Positions 31,475 through 40,694 of a stretch of 64,000 nucleotides of DNA are shown here, piece after piece. A model generated the notes under the pieces. That model was not told where the DNA came from, searched no databases, and was given only the letters and a program-made list of their open reading frames with translations. Source of the stretch: Candidatus Puniceispirillum sp. (GTDB taxonomy: Bacteria; Pseudomonadota; Alphaproteobacteria; Puniceispirillales; Puniceispirillaceae). The stretch spans positions 5,442-69,441 of the forward strand of contig JAOEVD010000003.1 of the NCBI GenBank assembly GCA_028383305.1, read 5' to 3'. A program made the position numbers and the translations under genes. Position 1 is the first letter of the stretch. The number at the start of each line of letters is the position of its first letter.

Positions 31475-32140
31475 GTGGACATTGATGGGAGTTTCTTTAC
31501 CGTGACCAATGTAATTACGCCAGCCAGTCGGCATGTTCTTTATGCCGTTCGGTTGATTATTGAACGCCAGTCGATTGAAAATAAATGGCAATCGCACCGC
31601 TGGGTAATCCATGATCTGGTGCCCCTTGAGCTTAGCGCCGGTGGTGGATTGCCACCAAGTAATGATGTTCAGTTTCAGCGTTTGCGTCAGCCATCCGGGG
31701 ATGATTCCAGTGACTTGCTGTTCACTGCCGAAGCATCGCTTGATCTGCATCGCGCCGAAGCCGAGGCCTATGCGGAAAATTTGGCATCGTCTGAACCGGC
31801 GATCTATGCGGTTTTGCGGCATAATGAAGATGAAGATGACTCAGGTGATGAAGACATTGACATTCATCTCGCTGAAATCAGCCTGTCACCCTACAATATC
31901 CAAGACTACGAGGATTGCGGAGAAGATCAGGTTGAAAAATTACCGTTGCAAGGTCCGATTGCCGAGTTTGTCAAAGAGTTTGTTGAAATCCATTTCAAGC
32001 CAGAACCATTTATAAAGCGCAAACGTGACAAGGCGCGCCTTGACCGTGACCAGCTTGGTGGGGCCGACCCACGCTTGCGCCGCGATGGTGATATGTTTCA
32101 GGTGCCGTCTGACCGTAAGAAGCGTGGTGAGTATCATTAG
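31475..32140 (+). CDS. DUF3305-like protein
   Basis: LHRAEAEAY.ENL, F.KRKR motifs; start could be GTG 31502. Confidence 0.7.
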   Translation: MDIDGSFFTVTNVITPASRHVLYAVRLIIERQSIENKWQSHRWVIHDLVPLELSAGGGLPPSNDVQFQRLRQPSGDDSSDLLFTAEASLDLHRAEAEAYAENLASSEPAIYAVLRHNEDEDDSGDEDIDIHLAEISLSPYNIQDYEDCGEDQVEKLPLQGPIAEFVKEFVEIHFKPEPFIKRKRDKARLDRDQLGGADPRLRRDGDMFQVPSDRKKRGEYH

Positions 32141-32208
32141 ATCTGTGTTAAGGTGCGATTGCAAAAGCGATTATATTTTTCATTAAATCAGAATATGGGG
32201 TCAAATGT

Positions 32209-33144
32209 ATGGCGCGTCGTATGAAATATGATGTTGAGGCCAAGGAAGAAGCCAACGACGGTGAGGGTGGGTTTTTGTCGCGCTGGTCAGCGCGCAAAAG
32301 CCAAATTGCCAAAGGCGAAGGTGTGCCAGATGAGGTGCCCGCACCCGAAATTGCCGAAGATACTGGCGTCGAAGATGAGGAAGACGCTGCATTAACCGAT
32401 GCTGAGCTTCTTGAAAAATATGATCTTCCCGATCCTGAGGCAATCACCGAAGAAAGCGGGCTTGAACAATTTTTGAACGGTAAGGGCCTTCCTGGGCGTG
32501 TGCGGCAAATGGCACTGCGGCGTTTGTGGCGGTTGAATCCGCTATTTGGCATTATTGATGATATGGTTGAATATGGCGAGGATTACACCGATGCCGCCAC
32601 TGTCATTGAAGGCATGAAAACTGCTTATACCGTTGGCAAGGGCTATGCAAAAGAGGTTGTTGAACCGGAAGAAACCGAAGTCCTAGAGGGCGACGCTGAG
32701 GCCAAAGAGGGTAATGTCGAAGCCAAAGAAGGCGATGCCGAAGCCAAAGATGCCGAAAAAGACGGCCAGCAGGATGAAAAAGAGCATGCCGATGACCTGG
32801 CCGACCAGCCTGATCAGGCAAAGGCGCGCGAAACCGACGAAGCTAGTGACGCTGATGCTCGTTTGGCGCAACAAAATGATGCTGAAACGGCCGTAATGCA
32901 GGATGAACTGTTCAAAATTCTGGATAAAAATCAGATGGTTTTGGACGATTTTGGCGAGAAACAAGCCGAATTTGCCAGTTCCGCGCCTGCGTCAGTGGAA
33001 AATAGCACTGCTGATATTAAAGCGCCGCAAGCGCCCGTTGGCGGCCATGCCCAAATGAAAGAAACCACCATTTATGGAGAAAAAACTCTGCAAAATCATA
33101 TTCCTGCTTGGCGTCCAGCAAGGATGGATTTTCGGAAAAAATAG
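32209..33144 (+). CDS. DUF3306-like acidic protein
   Basis: FLSRWSARK, ALRRLWRLNP, DDMVEYGEDYT. Confidence 0.7.
   Translation: MARRMKYDVEAKEEANDGEGGFLSRWSARKSQIAKGEGVPDEVPAPEIAEDTGVEDEEDAALTDAELLEKYDLPDPEAITEESGLEQFLNGKGLPGRVRQMALRRLWRLNPLFGIIDDMVEYGEDYTDAATVIEGMKTAYTVGKGYAKEVVEPEETEVLEGDAEAKEGNVEAKEGDAEAKDAEKDGQQDEKEHADDLADQPDQAKARETDEASDADARLAQQNDAETAVMQDELFKILDKNQMVLDDFGEKQAEFASSAPASVENSTADIKAPQAPVGGHAQMKETTIYGEKTLQNHIPAWRPARMDFRKK
32686..32760 (+). repeat. Three imperfect 21-bp tandem repeats (EGDAEAK) inside the DUF3306-like gene
   Basis: GAGGGCGACGCTGAGGCCAAA / GAGGGTAATGTCGAAGCCAAA / GAAGGCGATGCCGAAGCCAAA plus a partial unit. Confidence 0.75.
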
Positions 33145-33291
33145 ATCCGTTCAAACCGTCACCTTTTTTTGGTTTACATCTGTTTAAAGATTGTTTCCAA
33201 AATTTGTAAAAATCTTTCCAAATGAGAACTGTTGCATTGCGGGGGTGGTTTTGATGTGTTAGCGTTTTGTATACAGAATTAGGATCGTTGA

Positions 33292-33906
33292 ATGAAAAAC
33301 GCAGATGTAGTGCCGATTGAAATTGCTGAAGAAGACGTTCTTCGTGCCGATATGTACGATTTTGTCGCCTCACTGCTGCGCACAGAGCCTAGCGATGAGT
33401 TGATTGCGCAAATCGCGCTTTTGCAAGGCGATAAAACGCCAATTGGCAGCGCTTGTCTGACTCTGGCTCATCTTGCGAAAACAATCGATAATGAGCTGAT
33501 TCGCAACGAATATGTTTCGTTATTTATTGGCGTTGGCCGCGGTGAAATTCTGCCATTTGCATCTTATTATTTGACTGGTTTCTTGAATGATAAGCCGTTA
33601 GCAAATCTGCGTTCGGACATGAATGCCATTGGCATTCGGCGCGTCGAAGGGGTGAAAGAGCCTGAAGATCACATAGCTAGCCTATTTGATATGATGTCAG
33701 GGCTGATTCGTGGCCGGTTTGGGCGGCGCTTCTCAGTTGGTGAACAGGCCACGTTTTTCCGTAAACACATTGAACCATGGGCTGACTTGCTGATGCGTGA
33801 CATTGAGGCTGCAAAAACTGCTGTGTTTTTTGCGCCGGTGGGTGTGATTGGTCGAGCCTTTTTAGAGATTGAAAGCCAAGCTTTCAGTATGGATGGAACA
33901 GGATAG
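33292..33906 (+). CDS. TorD/DmsD-family redox enzyme maturation chaperone
   Basis: LPFASYY, EPEDHI, FFRKHIEPW. Confidence 0.9.
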   Translation: MKNADVVPIEIAEEDVLRADMYDFVASLLRTEPSDELIAQIALLQGDKTPIGSACLTLAHLAKTIDNELIRNEYVSLFIGVGRGEILPFASYYLTGFLNDKPLANLRSDMNAIGIRRVEGVKEPEDHIASLFDMMSGLIRGRFGRRFSVGEQATFFRKHIEPWADLLMRDIEAAKTAVFFAPVGVIGRAFLEIESQAFSMDGTG

Positions 33907-33965
33907 CGTAAGGCTCCTGTTTTATAGAGTCACACATGAGGTGTGGCACATTTTTGGAGGGAAAA

Positions 33966-34163
33966 ATGGAAGATACAAACAAAAAAGATGCAGTTGCAGG
34001 TCGTCGTGACTTCCTCAAGGGTTCTGCAGTATCTGTTGCGGCTGTCGGTGTGGTAGCGGTTGCAGGTAAATCAGCATCAGCAGGCGAAGTTGAAGTGGTG
34101 TCAGGTTCTGGCTACCGCGAGACGGAACATGTTAAAGCGTTTTACGCTTCAGCAAGGTTTTAA
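33966..34163 (+). CDS. Small twin-arginine signal protein preceding FDH alpha
   Basis: RRDFLKG, GYRETEHVKAFY; GGAGG RBS. Confidence 0.8.
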   Translation: MEDTNKKDAVAGRRDFLKGSAVSVAAVGVVAVAGKSASAGEVEVVSGSGYRETEHVKAFYASARF

Positions 34164-34194
34164 TTAGCTTTTCTTGTTTTTTTAGGAGGATAAC

Positions 34195-37086
34195 ATGCTT
34201 AGAAAGAAGACGTCCGGGGTTGCGAATGGCCCCCTGTCATCATCTTTCATTGGCAAGGCAGCCGAAACGGTTGTTGACCGCCGCGCATTTTTGCGTGGTT
34301 CCGGTCTTGCTATTGGAGGTTTAGCGACTGCCGCAGCATTGGTTGGGTCAAATGTGACGCCAGCTCAAGCTGTAGGCTCAGCAGCATCAGTTGAAATTAG
34401 AAAGTCAGTTTGTACGCATTGTTCGGTTGGTTGTACCGTTGTTGCTGAAGTGCAAAATGGCGTTTGGACTGGTCAAGAACCTGGTTGGGATAGCCCAATC
34501 AATCTTGGTGCGCATTGTGCCAAAGGTGCTTCCGTGCGGGAAACCGCAAGCGGTGAGCGGCGCCTTAAATACCCAATGAAGCTTACTGGCGGAAAATGGG
34601 TGCGGATGAGCTGGGACGATGCCATAAATGAGATTGGCGATCAGATGCTGGATATTCGCGAGAAGTCTGGCCCCGATTCAGTTTACTGGCTGGGATCTGC
34701 AAAGCATAGCAACGAGCAGGCCTATTTGTTCCGCAAGTTTTATGCTTATTGGGGTACAAACAACGGTGACCATCAGGCCCGTATTTGTCACTCAACCACA
34801 GTTGCCGGTGTTGCGAACACCTGGGGCTATGGTGCGATGACCAACTCATATAATGATATGCATAATTCAAAGGCAATTTTCATTATTGGTGGTAACCCTG
34901 CCGAGGCACATCCAGTCTCACTTATGCATGTTCTCAAAGCAAAAGAGCAAAACAACGCACCTGTGATCGTTTGTGATCCGCGCTTTACCCGTACAGCAGC
35001 CCATGCCGATGAGTATGTTCGCTTCCGTCCGGGTTCAGATGTTGCGCTCATTTGGGGCATCATGTGGCACATTTTTGACAACAAGTGGGAGGATAAAGAA
35101 TTTATCCGCCAGCGGGTTTACGGCATGGAAGACGTCATGGCCGAAGTCAAAAAATGGGATCCAGCTGAAACCGAGCGTGTAACTGGTGTTCCAGGTGCGC
35201 AGCTAAAGCGTGTTGCCAAGATCATGGCAAACAACCGTCCGGGTACCTTTGTATGGTGTATGGGTGGAACACAGCACACAAACGGTAACAATAACACCCG
35301 TGCATATTGTGCATTCCAGCTCGCACTTGGAAACATGGGTACTGCCGGTGGTGGTGCTAACATTTTCCGTGGTCACTGTAACGTGCAGGGTGCAACGGAC
35401 TTCTGTGTTCTTTCACACTCACTGCCGGGCTATTATGGTCTGTCAGCTGGCGCGTGGAAACATTGGGCACGTGTCTGGGACGAAGATATCGATTGGCTGA
35501 AAGGTCGTTTTGACTCAATTAAAGGCAAAGACGGCAAGTCAAAGAGCCTGATGAACCAGAAAGGCATTCCGGTTTCACGCTGGATTGACGGTGTTCTTGA
35601 GGACAAAGAGAATATTGACCAGCCAGACAATCTTCGTGCAATGGTGTTCTGGGGACACGCTCCAAACTCACAGACTCGCATGAAAGAAATGAAGACGGCA
35701 ATGGAAAAGCTCGACCTAATGGTTGTGATCGATCCATATCCGACTGTTTCTGCTGTCTTGTCGGATCGTACCGACGGTGTTTACCTGCTGCCAGCAACGA
35801 CTCAGTTCGAAACCTATGGTTCTGTAACTGCTTCAAATCGTTCGCTTCAGTGGCGTGAAAAGATCATCGAGCCATCATTTGACTCGTTGCCTGATCACAC
35901 CATCATCTACAAGTTTGCCAAGAAGTTTGGTTTTGCTGATCGTATGTTCCGCAAGATCAAAGTCACCAATGACGAGCCATATGTTGAAGATGTGACTCGT
36001 GAATTTAATGGTGGCATGTGGACAATTGGTTACACTGGCCAGTCGCCAGAGCGGATCAAAGCCCATATGGCAAATCAGCATGTGTTTGACAGAACAACAT
36101 TGCAGGCTGTCGGTGGTGAACTTGACGGCGAATATTACGGTCTGCCTTGGCCTTGCTGGGGTACTGCAGAGATGGGCCATCCAGGCACACCTTTGTTGTA
36201 CGATACATCAAAGCCTGTAGCTGAAGGTGGTCTCTGTTTCCGCGCCCGTTTCGGTGTAGAGCATGAGGGCAACAATCTGTTGGCTGAAGGTTCTTACCCT
36301 GTCGGGTCTGAAATCAAAGACGGGTACCCAGAATTTACTATGGGTATGCTGAAAAAGCTTGGCTGGGACGGTGATCTTACCGCAGACGAGCGTGCGGCTA
36401 TCGAAAAGGTCGCTGGTGACAAGACCAACTGGAAGGTTGACCTTTCAGGCGGTATCCAGCGGGTAGCGATCAAGCATGGTTGTGCACCATTTGGTAACGC
36501 GAAAGCACGGGTGAAGGTCTGGACATTCCCAGATCCAATTCCGCTACATCGTGAGCCATTGTACACATCACGTCGTGATCTCGTTGCCGATTATCCAACC
36601 TATTCAGACCGTAAACTATATCGTCTGCCGACTTTGTATAAGTCGATCCAGGATGTAGACCATACGGCTGCTTATCCGATGATTTTGACCTCTGGTCGTC
36701 TTGTCGAATATGAAGGTGGTGGTGATGAAACCCGTTCAAACCCATGGCTTGCAGAATTGCAGCAGGACATGTTTGTCGAGATGAACCCATTCGATGCCAA
36801 CGGAAAGAATATCCGTAACGGTGATATGGTTTGGGTTAAGACACCAGAAGGTGCACAGATCAAGGTGATGGCTCAGGTTACTGAGCGTGTTGCTAAGGGT
36901 GTTGCCTTCTTGCCATTCCACTTTGGTGGACATCTTGAGGGTAAAGATCTTCGTTCCAAGTATCCTGAGGGTGCAGATCCTTATGTGCTTGGTGAATCAG
37001 CCAACACAGCGTTCACTTATGGTTATGACTCAGTGACATTGATGCAGGAATCGAAATGTTCGCTCTGCACAATTGAACGCGTATAA
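34195..37086 (+). CDS. fdhA: Periplasmic formate dehydrogenase alpha subunit (Fdh3A/FdnG-like)
   Basis: Tat motif DRRAFLR, CTHCSVGC..HCAKG, HQARICHSTT (Cys ligand), RGHCNVQG. Confidence 0.95.
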   Translation: MLRKKTSGVANGPLSSSFIGKAAETVVDRRAFLRGSGLAIGGLATAAALVGSNVTPAQAVGSAASVEIRKSVCTHCSVGCTVVAEVQNGVWTGQEPGWDSPINLGAHCAKGASVRETASGERRLKYPMKLTGGKWVRMSWDDAINEIGDQMLDIREKSGPDSVYWLGSAKHSNEQAYLFRKFYAYWGTNNGDHQARICHSTTVAGVANTWGYGAMTNSYNDMHNSKAIFIIGGNPAEAHPVSLMHVLKAKEQNNAPVIVCDPRFTRTAAHADEYVRFRPGSDVALIWGIMWHIFDNKWEDKEFIRQRVYGMEDVMAEVKKWDPAETERVTGVPGAQLKRVAKIMANNRPGTFVWCMGGTQHTNGNNNTRAYCAFQLALGNMGTAGGGANIFRGHCNVQGATDFCVLSHSLPGYYGLSAGAWKHWARVWDEDIDWLKGRFDSIKGKDGKSKSLMNQKGIPVSRWIDGVLEDKENIDQPDNLRAMVFWGHAPNSQTRMKEMKTAMEKLDLMVVIDPYPTVSAVLSDRTDGVYLLPATTQFETYGSVTASNRSLQWREKIIEPSFDSLPDHTIIYKFAKKFGFADRMFRKIKVTNDEPYVEDVTREFNGGMWTIGYTGQSPERIKAHMANQHVFDRTTLQAVGGELDGEYYGLPWPCWGTAEMGHPGTPLLYDTSKPVAEGGLCFRARFGVEHEGNNLLAEGSYPVGSEIKDGYPEFTMGMLKKLGWDGDLTADERAAIEKVAGDKTNWKVDLSGGIQRVAIKHGCAPFGNAKARVKVWTFPDPIPLHREPLYTSRRDLVADYPTYSDRKLYRLPTLYKSIQDVDHTAAYPMILTSGRLVEYEGGGDETRSNPWLAELQQDMFVEMNPFDANGKNIRNGDMVWVKTPEGAQIKVMAQVTERVAKGVAFLPFHFGGHLEGKDLRSKYPEGADPYVLGESANTAFTYGYDSVTLMQESKCSLCTIERV

Positions 37087-37097
37087 GGGAGGTACAC

Positions 37098-37688
37098 ATG
37101 GCAAGAATGAAATTCCTATGTGATGCAGAACGCTGTATCGAATGTAACGCCTGTGTTACTGCATGTAAGAACGAGCATGAGGTGCCGTGGGGTGTAAATC
37201 GTCGTCGGGTGGTTACCATCCAAGACGGTAAGCCTGGCGAACGCTCAATCTCTGTTGCATGTATGCATTGCTCAGACGCGCCTTGCACGGCCGTTTGTCC
37301 TGTCGATTGTTTCTATCAGACCGAACAAGGTGTGGTTTTACATTCAAAGGATCTTTGCATTGGCTGTGGTTATTGCTTCTACGCATGTCCTTTCGGGGCA
37401 CCGCAATATCCACAGGCTGGTAACTATGGTTCACGTGGCAAAATGGACAAATGTACATTCTGCGCAGGTGGTCCAGAAGAAGATATGAGCAGTCTGGAGT
37501 TCCAGAAATACGGACGTAACCGTCTGGCTGAAGGCAAGCTGCCAATTTGTGCAGAAATGTGTTCAACTAAGGCGTTGCTCGCAGGTGATGGAGACCAAGT
37601 CTCTAACATCTTCCGTGAGCGTATTGTTGCCCGTGGATTTGGCTCTGGCGCTTGGGGATGGGGCACTGCCTATTCCATCAAGGGCTAA
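37098..37688 (+). CDS. fdhB: Formate dehydrogenase Fe-S beta subunit (Fdh3B-like)
   Basis: Four 4Fe-4S motifs (CIECNAC, CMHC, CIGCGYC, CTFC). Confidence 0.93.
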   Translation: MARMKFLCDAERCIECNACVTACKNEHEVPWGVNRRRVVTIQDGKPGERSISVACMHCSDAPCTAVCPVDCFYQTEQGVVLHSKDLCIGCGYCFYACPFGAPQYPQAGNYGSRGKMDKCTFCAGGPEEDMSSLEFQKYGRNRLAEGKLPICAEMCSTKALLAGDGDQVSNIFRERIVARGFGSGAWGWGTAYSIKG

Positions 37689-37706
37689 TCAGCGATCATA
37701 AAATAA

Positions 37707-37742
37707 GGTGGATCCCCTGTAGTGGGGGTTCACCCCTTTTTC
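37707..37742 (+). terminator. Hairpin/terminator between fdhB and downstream genes
   Basis: GGTGGATCCCC-TGTAGT-GGGGGTTCACC then CCTTTTTT. Confidence 0.6.
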
Positions 37743-37808
37743 TTATTAATTCCGCCCAAGATACAGAGCAGCTATATGCGCTCTGCTTCTAGGGTTTGTG
37801 AGGGGCAA

Positions 37809-38009
37809 ATGATTGCAATCACTCGTAAATTTTTAGTTCTTTTAGCGCTGACTGCGGTTGTGACCGGCTTGTCGGCTTGTGCTGAAGAAGAACAGAACCG
37901 GGTTCTCAGCTATAAAAAGGGAACCTATCTAGGTGAAACGGATCAGCAATTGTCTGAAGACCAGCTGCGTACGCTGATCAATCGTTCAAATGCTCAGCGC
38001 GTTTATTAA
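37809..38009 (+). CDS. Small lipoprotein in FDH operon
   Basis: Lipobox LSAC; EEQNR..YKKGTYLG. Confidence 0.7.
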   Translation: MIAITRKFLVLLALTAVVTGLSACAEEEQNRVLSYKKGTYLGETDQQLSEDQLRTLINRSNAQRVY

Positions 38010-38042
38010 ATGCGCGATTTAAAGCTAGGGAGACCGGGGAAT

Positions 38043-39098
38043 ATGTTACGCAAATATTTAGGTGTTTTGGCCATTCTTGCGGCGTTGTTTATCAGCACAA
38101 CAGGAACTGTTTCGCCAGCAATGGCTCAGACAAATGGTGAGGTGCCTGGCACCGCGCTCGGTATCAAGTCTGATACAGATTTATGGCGCTTTGTGCGGAC
38201 TGGTAATGCCGGTTCGACACAAATGAAAGACGAATTATCGGCCGTGATGATCCAATCCGAAGGCGATAATTGGCGTGCCTTTCGCAACGGTCCATTATCG
38301 GTTTATGGCGCTTACGGCCTGGCTGGTATCATTGGCTTGCTTGTTGTTTTCTATATGGTCCGCGGCCGGATCACAATCGATGCGGGCCCATCCGAAGACA
38401 GGATTATGCGGTTTGGAACGATTGACCGGTTTGCCCATTGGCTGATGGCTGGTTCTTTTGTTGTTTTGGGAATAACCGGCTTGAATTTGCTTTATGGTCG
38501 TTATGTTCTTTTGCCAATTATCGGCAAAGACGCCTTTGCGACCATCACCACATTTGGGAAATATGCGCACAATTATCTGGCTTTTGCCTTTATGCTTGGT
38601 TTGGGTCTGGCGTTTATTTTGTGGGTTCGCCACAATATCCCAAACAAGCTTGACCTAAAATGGTTGGCCATGGGCGGCGGTATCTTTGCCAAAGGCGTTC
38701 ATCCACCAGCGCGTAAATTCAATGCAGGTCAGAAAATCATTTTCTGGGCAGTGATGATTGGTGGCCTTTCGGTCAGTATGTCAGGCATTGCGCTGATGTT
38801 CCCATTCCAGACAAGTATGTTTGCGGAAACATTCGCCTTGTTGAACAGCATTGGCTTTAGCCTGCCAACCGATTTCACACCGCTTCAAGAACAGCAGATG
38901 AATCAGCTTTGGCATGGTGTGGTGTCACTCGGCCTTATGACCATGATTGTTGCGCATATCTATATCGGTTCTGTTGGTATGGAAGGCGCTCTTGATGCGA
39001 TGAATTCAGGTATGGTTGATCGTAACTGGGCGAAAGAGCATCATAATCTTTGGGTTGAAGAAGAAGACCAAAAAGTCAACCCAAAGCCTGCTGAATAA
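38043..39098 (+). CDS. fdhC: Formate dehydrogenase gamma subunit (cytochrome b556) with N-terminal extension
   Basis: RFAHW, AHNY, KFNAGQK, WHG, AHIY, WAKEHH. Confidence 0.92.
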   Translation: MLRKYLGVLAILAALFISTTGTVSPAMAQTNGEVPGTALGIKSDTDLWRFVRTGNAGSTQMKDELSAVMIQSEGDNWRAFRNGPLSVYGAYGLAGIIGLLVVFYMVRGRITIDAGPSEDRIMRFGTIDRFAHWLMAGSFVVLGITGLNLLYGRYVLLPIIGKDAFATITTFGKYAHNYLAFAFMLGLGLAFILWVRHNIPNKLDLKWLAMGGGIFAKGVHPPARKFNAGQKIIFWAVMIGGLSVSMSGIALMFPFQTSMFAETFALLNSIGFSLPTDFTPLQEQQMNQLWHGVVSLGLMTMIVAHIYIGSVGMEGALDAMNSGMVDRNWAKEHHNLWVEEEDQKVNPKPAE

Positions 39099-39108
39099 TT
39101 GATGTCTA

Positions 39109-40500
39109 TTGACGCTTAGGTGTTCAATGCCATCTTGTTATTACATCTTCAAAACAGCCAGCTCATCTTTGGGCTGGCTGTTCCTATGTCTGAGTTTGAT
39201 TGGTTTGGTGCCAATCGCAGCATCTGCCTTTGACCGTTACACTGCACATGGTGGGCCGGTCCGTGATTTGGCACTTTCGCCTGATGGAAAGCATTTTGTC
39301 ACCGCCAGTTTTGACTATTCAGCAGTGTTATGGTCAGCCGATGAGATTGCTGAGAAATCGACTTTAATCGGGCATGAAGCGGCGCTGAATACAGCGCAGT
39401 TTTCGCCTGACGGGAAATGGCTTGCCACCGGCGGTGATGATGGTCTTGTTCTTGTCTGGAACACCGATAAATTGACCGATGAATCGGCTGAGCCAATTAT
39501 TCTTCGTGGTCATAGAGGCAAAATCGTTCATCTTGCCTTTTCTGCCGATAATCGAATGCTTGCCTCGGCCAGTTGGGATGGATCAATCGGTATCTGGCCA
39601 TTGGATGGGGGGGCGGAAAAGGCCGAATCCAGCGTCCGTTTTATTAAGGGACACGAGGGGCCAGTTAATGCAGTTCAGTTCTCCGATGACAGCCAGTTTC
39701 TTTACAGCGCTGGATATGATGGCCAGATCCGCTATTGGCGCTTGGCAAATGATGAATATCTTCGAAGCGTTGTGAAAAACGGCTGGAGCGTTTCGGTATT
39801 TGTCGTTGATGAAGCGCGTGACCTTGTTGCATTTGGATCATCCGATGGTGTGATGAGCGTTTCGCGCATGTCAGATCAGACTGAATTGCTGCGCGTTGGC
39901 GATGAACGCGTGCCTGTTCTATCAATTTTTTATCATGCTGATGAAGGGTTTTTGGGGTTTGGCAATGCCAAGGGGCGAGTGCTTCTTGCCGATACCAAGG
40001 ACTGGTCGGTCATTCGTGATTTCCATGCGGCCAATGGCCCGATTTGGAGCTTGCTTGTTATGCCAGATGCGCAATCGCTGATGGTTGCGGGTCTTGATGA
40101 TTTTATCACACGCTGGCCGATTTTTGAGTTTCCCCCCGAATTTTTGGAAAAGCCCGGCCCAGCACGCCGGTTTCACCCAAAACAGGAAGTTAGCAACGGT
40201 GAGCGTCAATTTGCGCGGAAATGCAGCGTTTGCCATACTTTAAAGGCTGATGGCAAACGCCGCGCCGGACCAAGCCTGTTTGGTGTGTTTGGTCGGCAGG
40301 CTGGTGGGCTTGAAGGCTATCCCTATTCGAAAGCATTGCAGACATCTGATATTGTTTGGAGTGCAGCAACTATTAACCAGCTATTTGAAGAAGGGCCTGA
40401 CAAGGTTACGCCCGGAACAAAAATGCCAATCCAGCGGATGAAAAACGCCAAAGATCGTGAAGATCTTGTGACGTTCTTGCAATCTGCAACACAAAAATAG
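39109..40500 (+). CDS. WD40 beta-propeller fused to C-terminal cytochrome c2-like domain
   Basis: Repeated GH..V..FS.D..SAS.DG repeats; CSVCH, GPSL.G, PGTKM. Confidence 0.88.
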   Translation: MTLRCSMPSCYYIFKTASSSLGWLFLCLSLIGLVPIAASAFDRYTAHGGPVRDLALSPDGKHFVTASFDYSAVLWSADEIAEKSTLIGHEAALNTAQFSPDGKWLATGGDDGLVLVWNTDKLTDESAEPIILRGHRGKIVHLAFSADNRMLASASWDGSIGIWPLDGGAEKAESSVRFIKGHEGPVNAVQFSDDSQFLYSAGYDGQIRYWRLANDEYLRSVVKNGWSVSVFVVDEARDLVAFGSSDGVMSVSRMSDQTELLRVGDERVPVLSIFYHADEGFLGFGNAKGRVLLADTKDWSVIRDFHAANGPIWSLLVMPDAQSLMVAGLDDFITRWPIFEFPPEFLEKPGPARRFHPKQEVSNGERQFARKCSVCHTLKADGKRRAGPSLFGVFGRQAGGLEGYPYSKALQTSDIVWSAATINQLFEEGPDKVTPGTKMPIQRMKNAKDREDLVTFLQSATQK

Positions 40501-40556
40501 ATAATCACCTTGGCGTTATGTCGCAGTGACAATGGCCATGTAATGGAGAAGTTAAC

Positions 40557-40694
40557 ATGAAAATGTTTTTAATCAGCAGTGCTGTTGCAATCATTATCGC
40601 CTTTGTTGCCTATAATGTGCTGATAAGCACTGGTATGGATACAGCATCAGTTTATTCAAGCGATAATGTAAGGCTAACAAGCAACGGCTCTTAG
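40557..40694 (+). CDS. 45-aa single-TM small protein missing from ORF track
   Basis: GGAGAA RBS; MKMFLISSAVAIIIAFVAYNVLISTGMDTASVYSSDNVRLTSNGS*; stop overlaps convergent gene stop. Confidence 0.6.
   Translation: MKMFLISSAVAIIIAFVAYNVLISTGMDTASVYSSDNVRLTSNGS

Noticed and set aside
671-37086. Selenocysteine in either FDH alpha subunit
   Set aside because: Both frames are uninterrupted and have Cys at the metal ligand (RLCH, RICH); no in-frame TGA
40514-40536. ModE box CGTTATGT-N7-ACAATGGC
   Set aside because: Only the left half-site matches well; too weak to call
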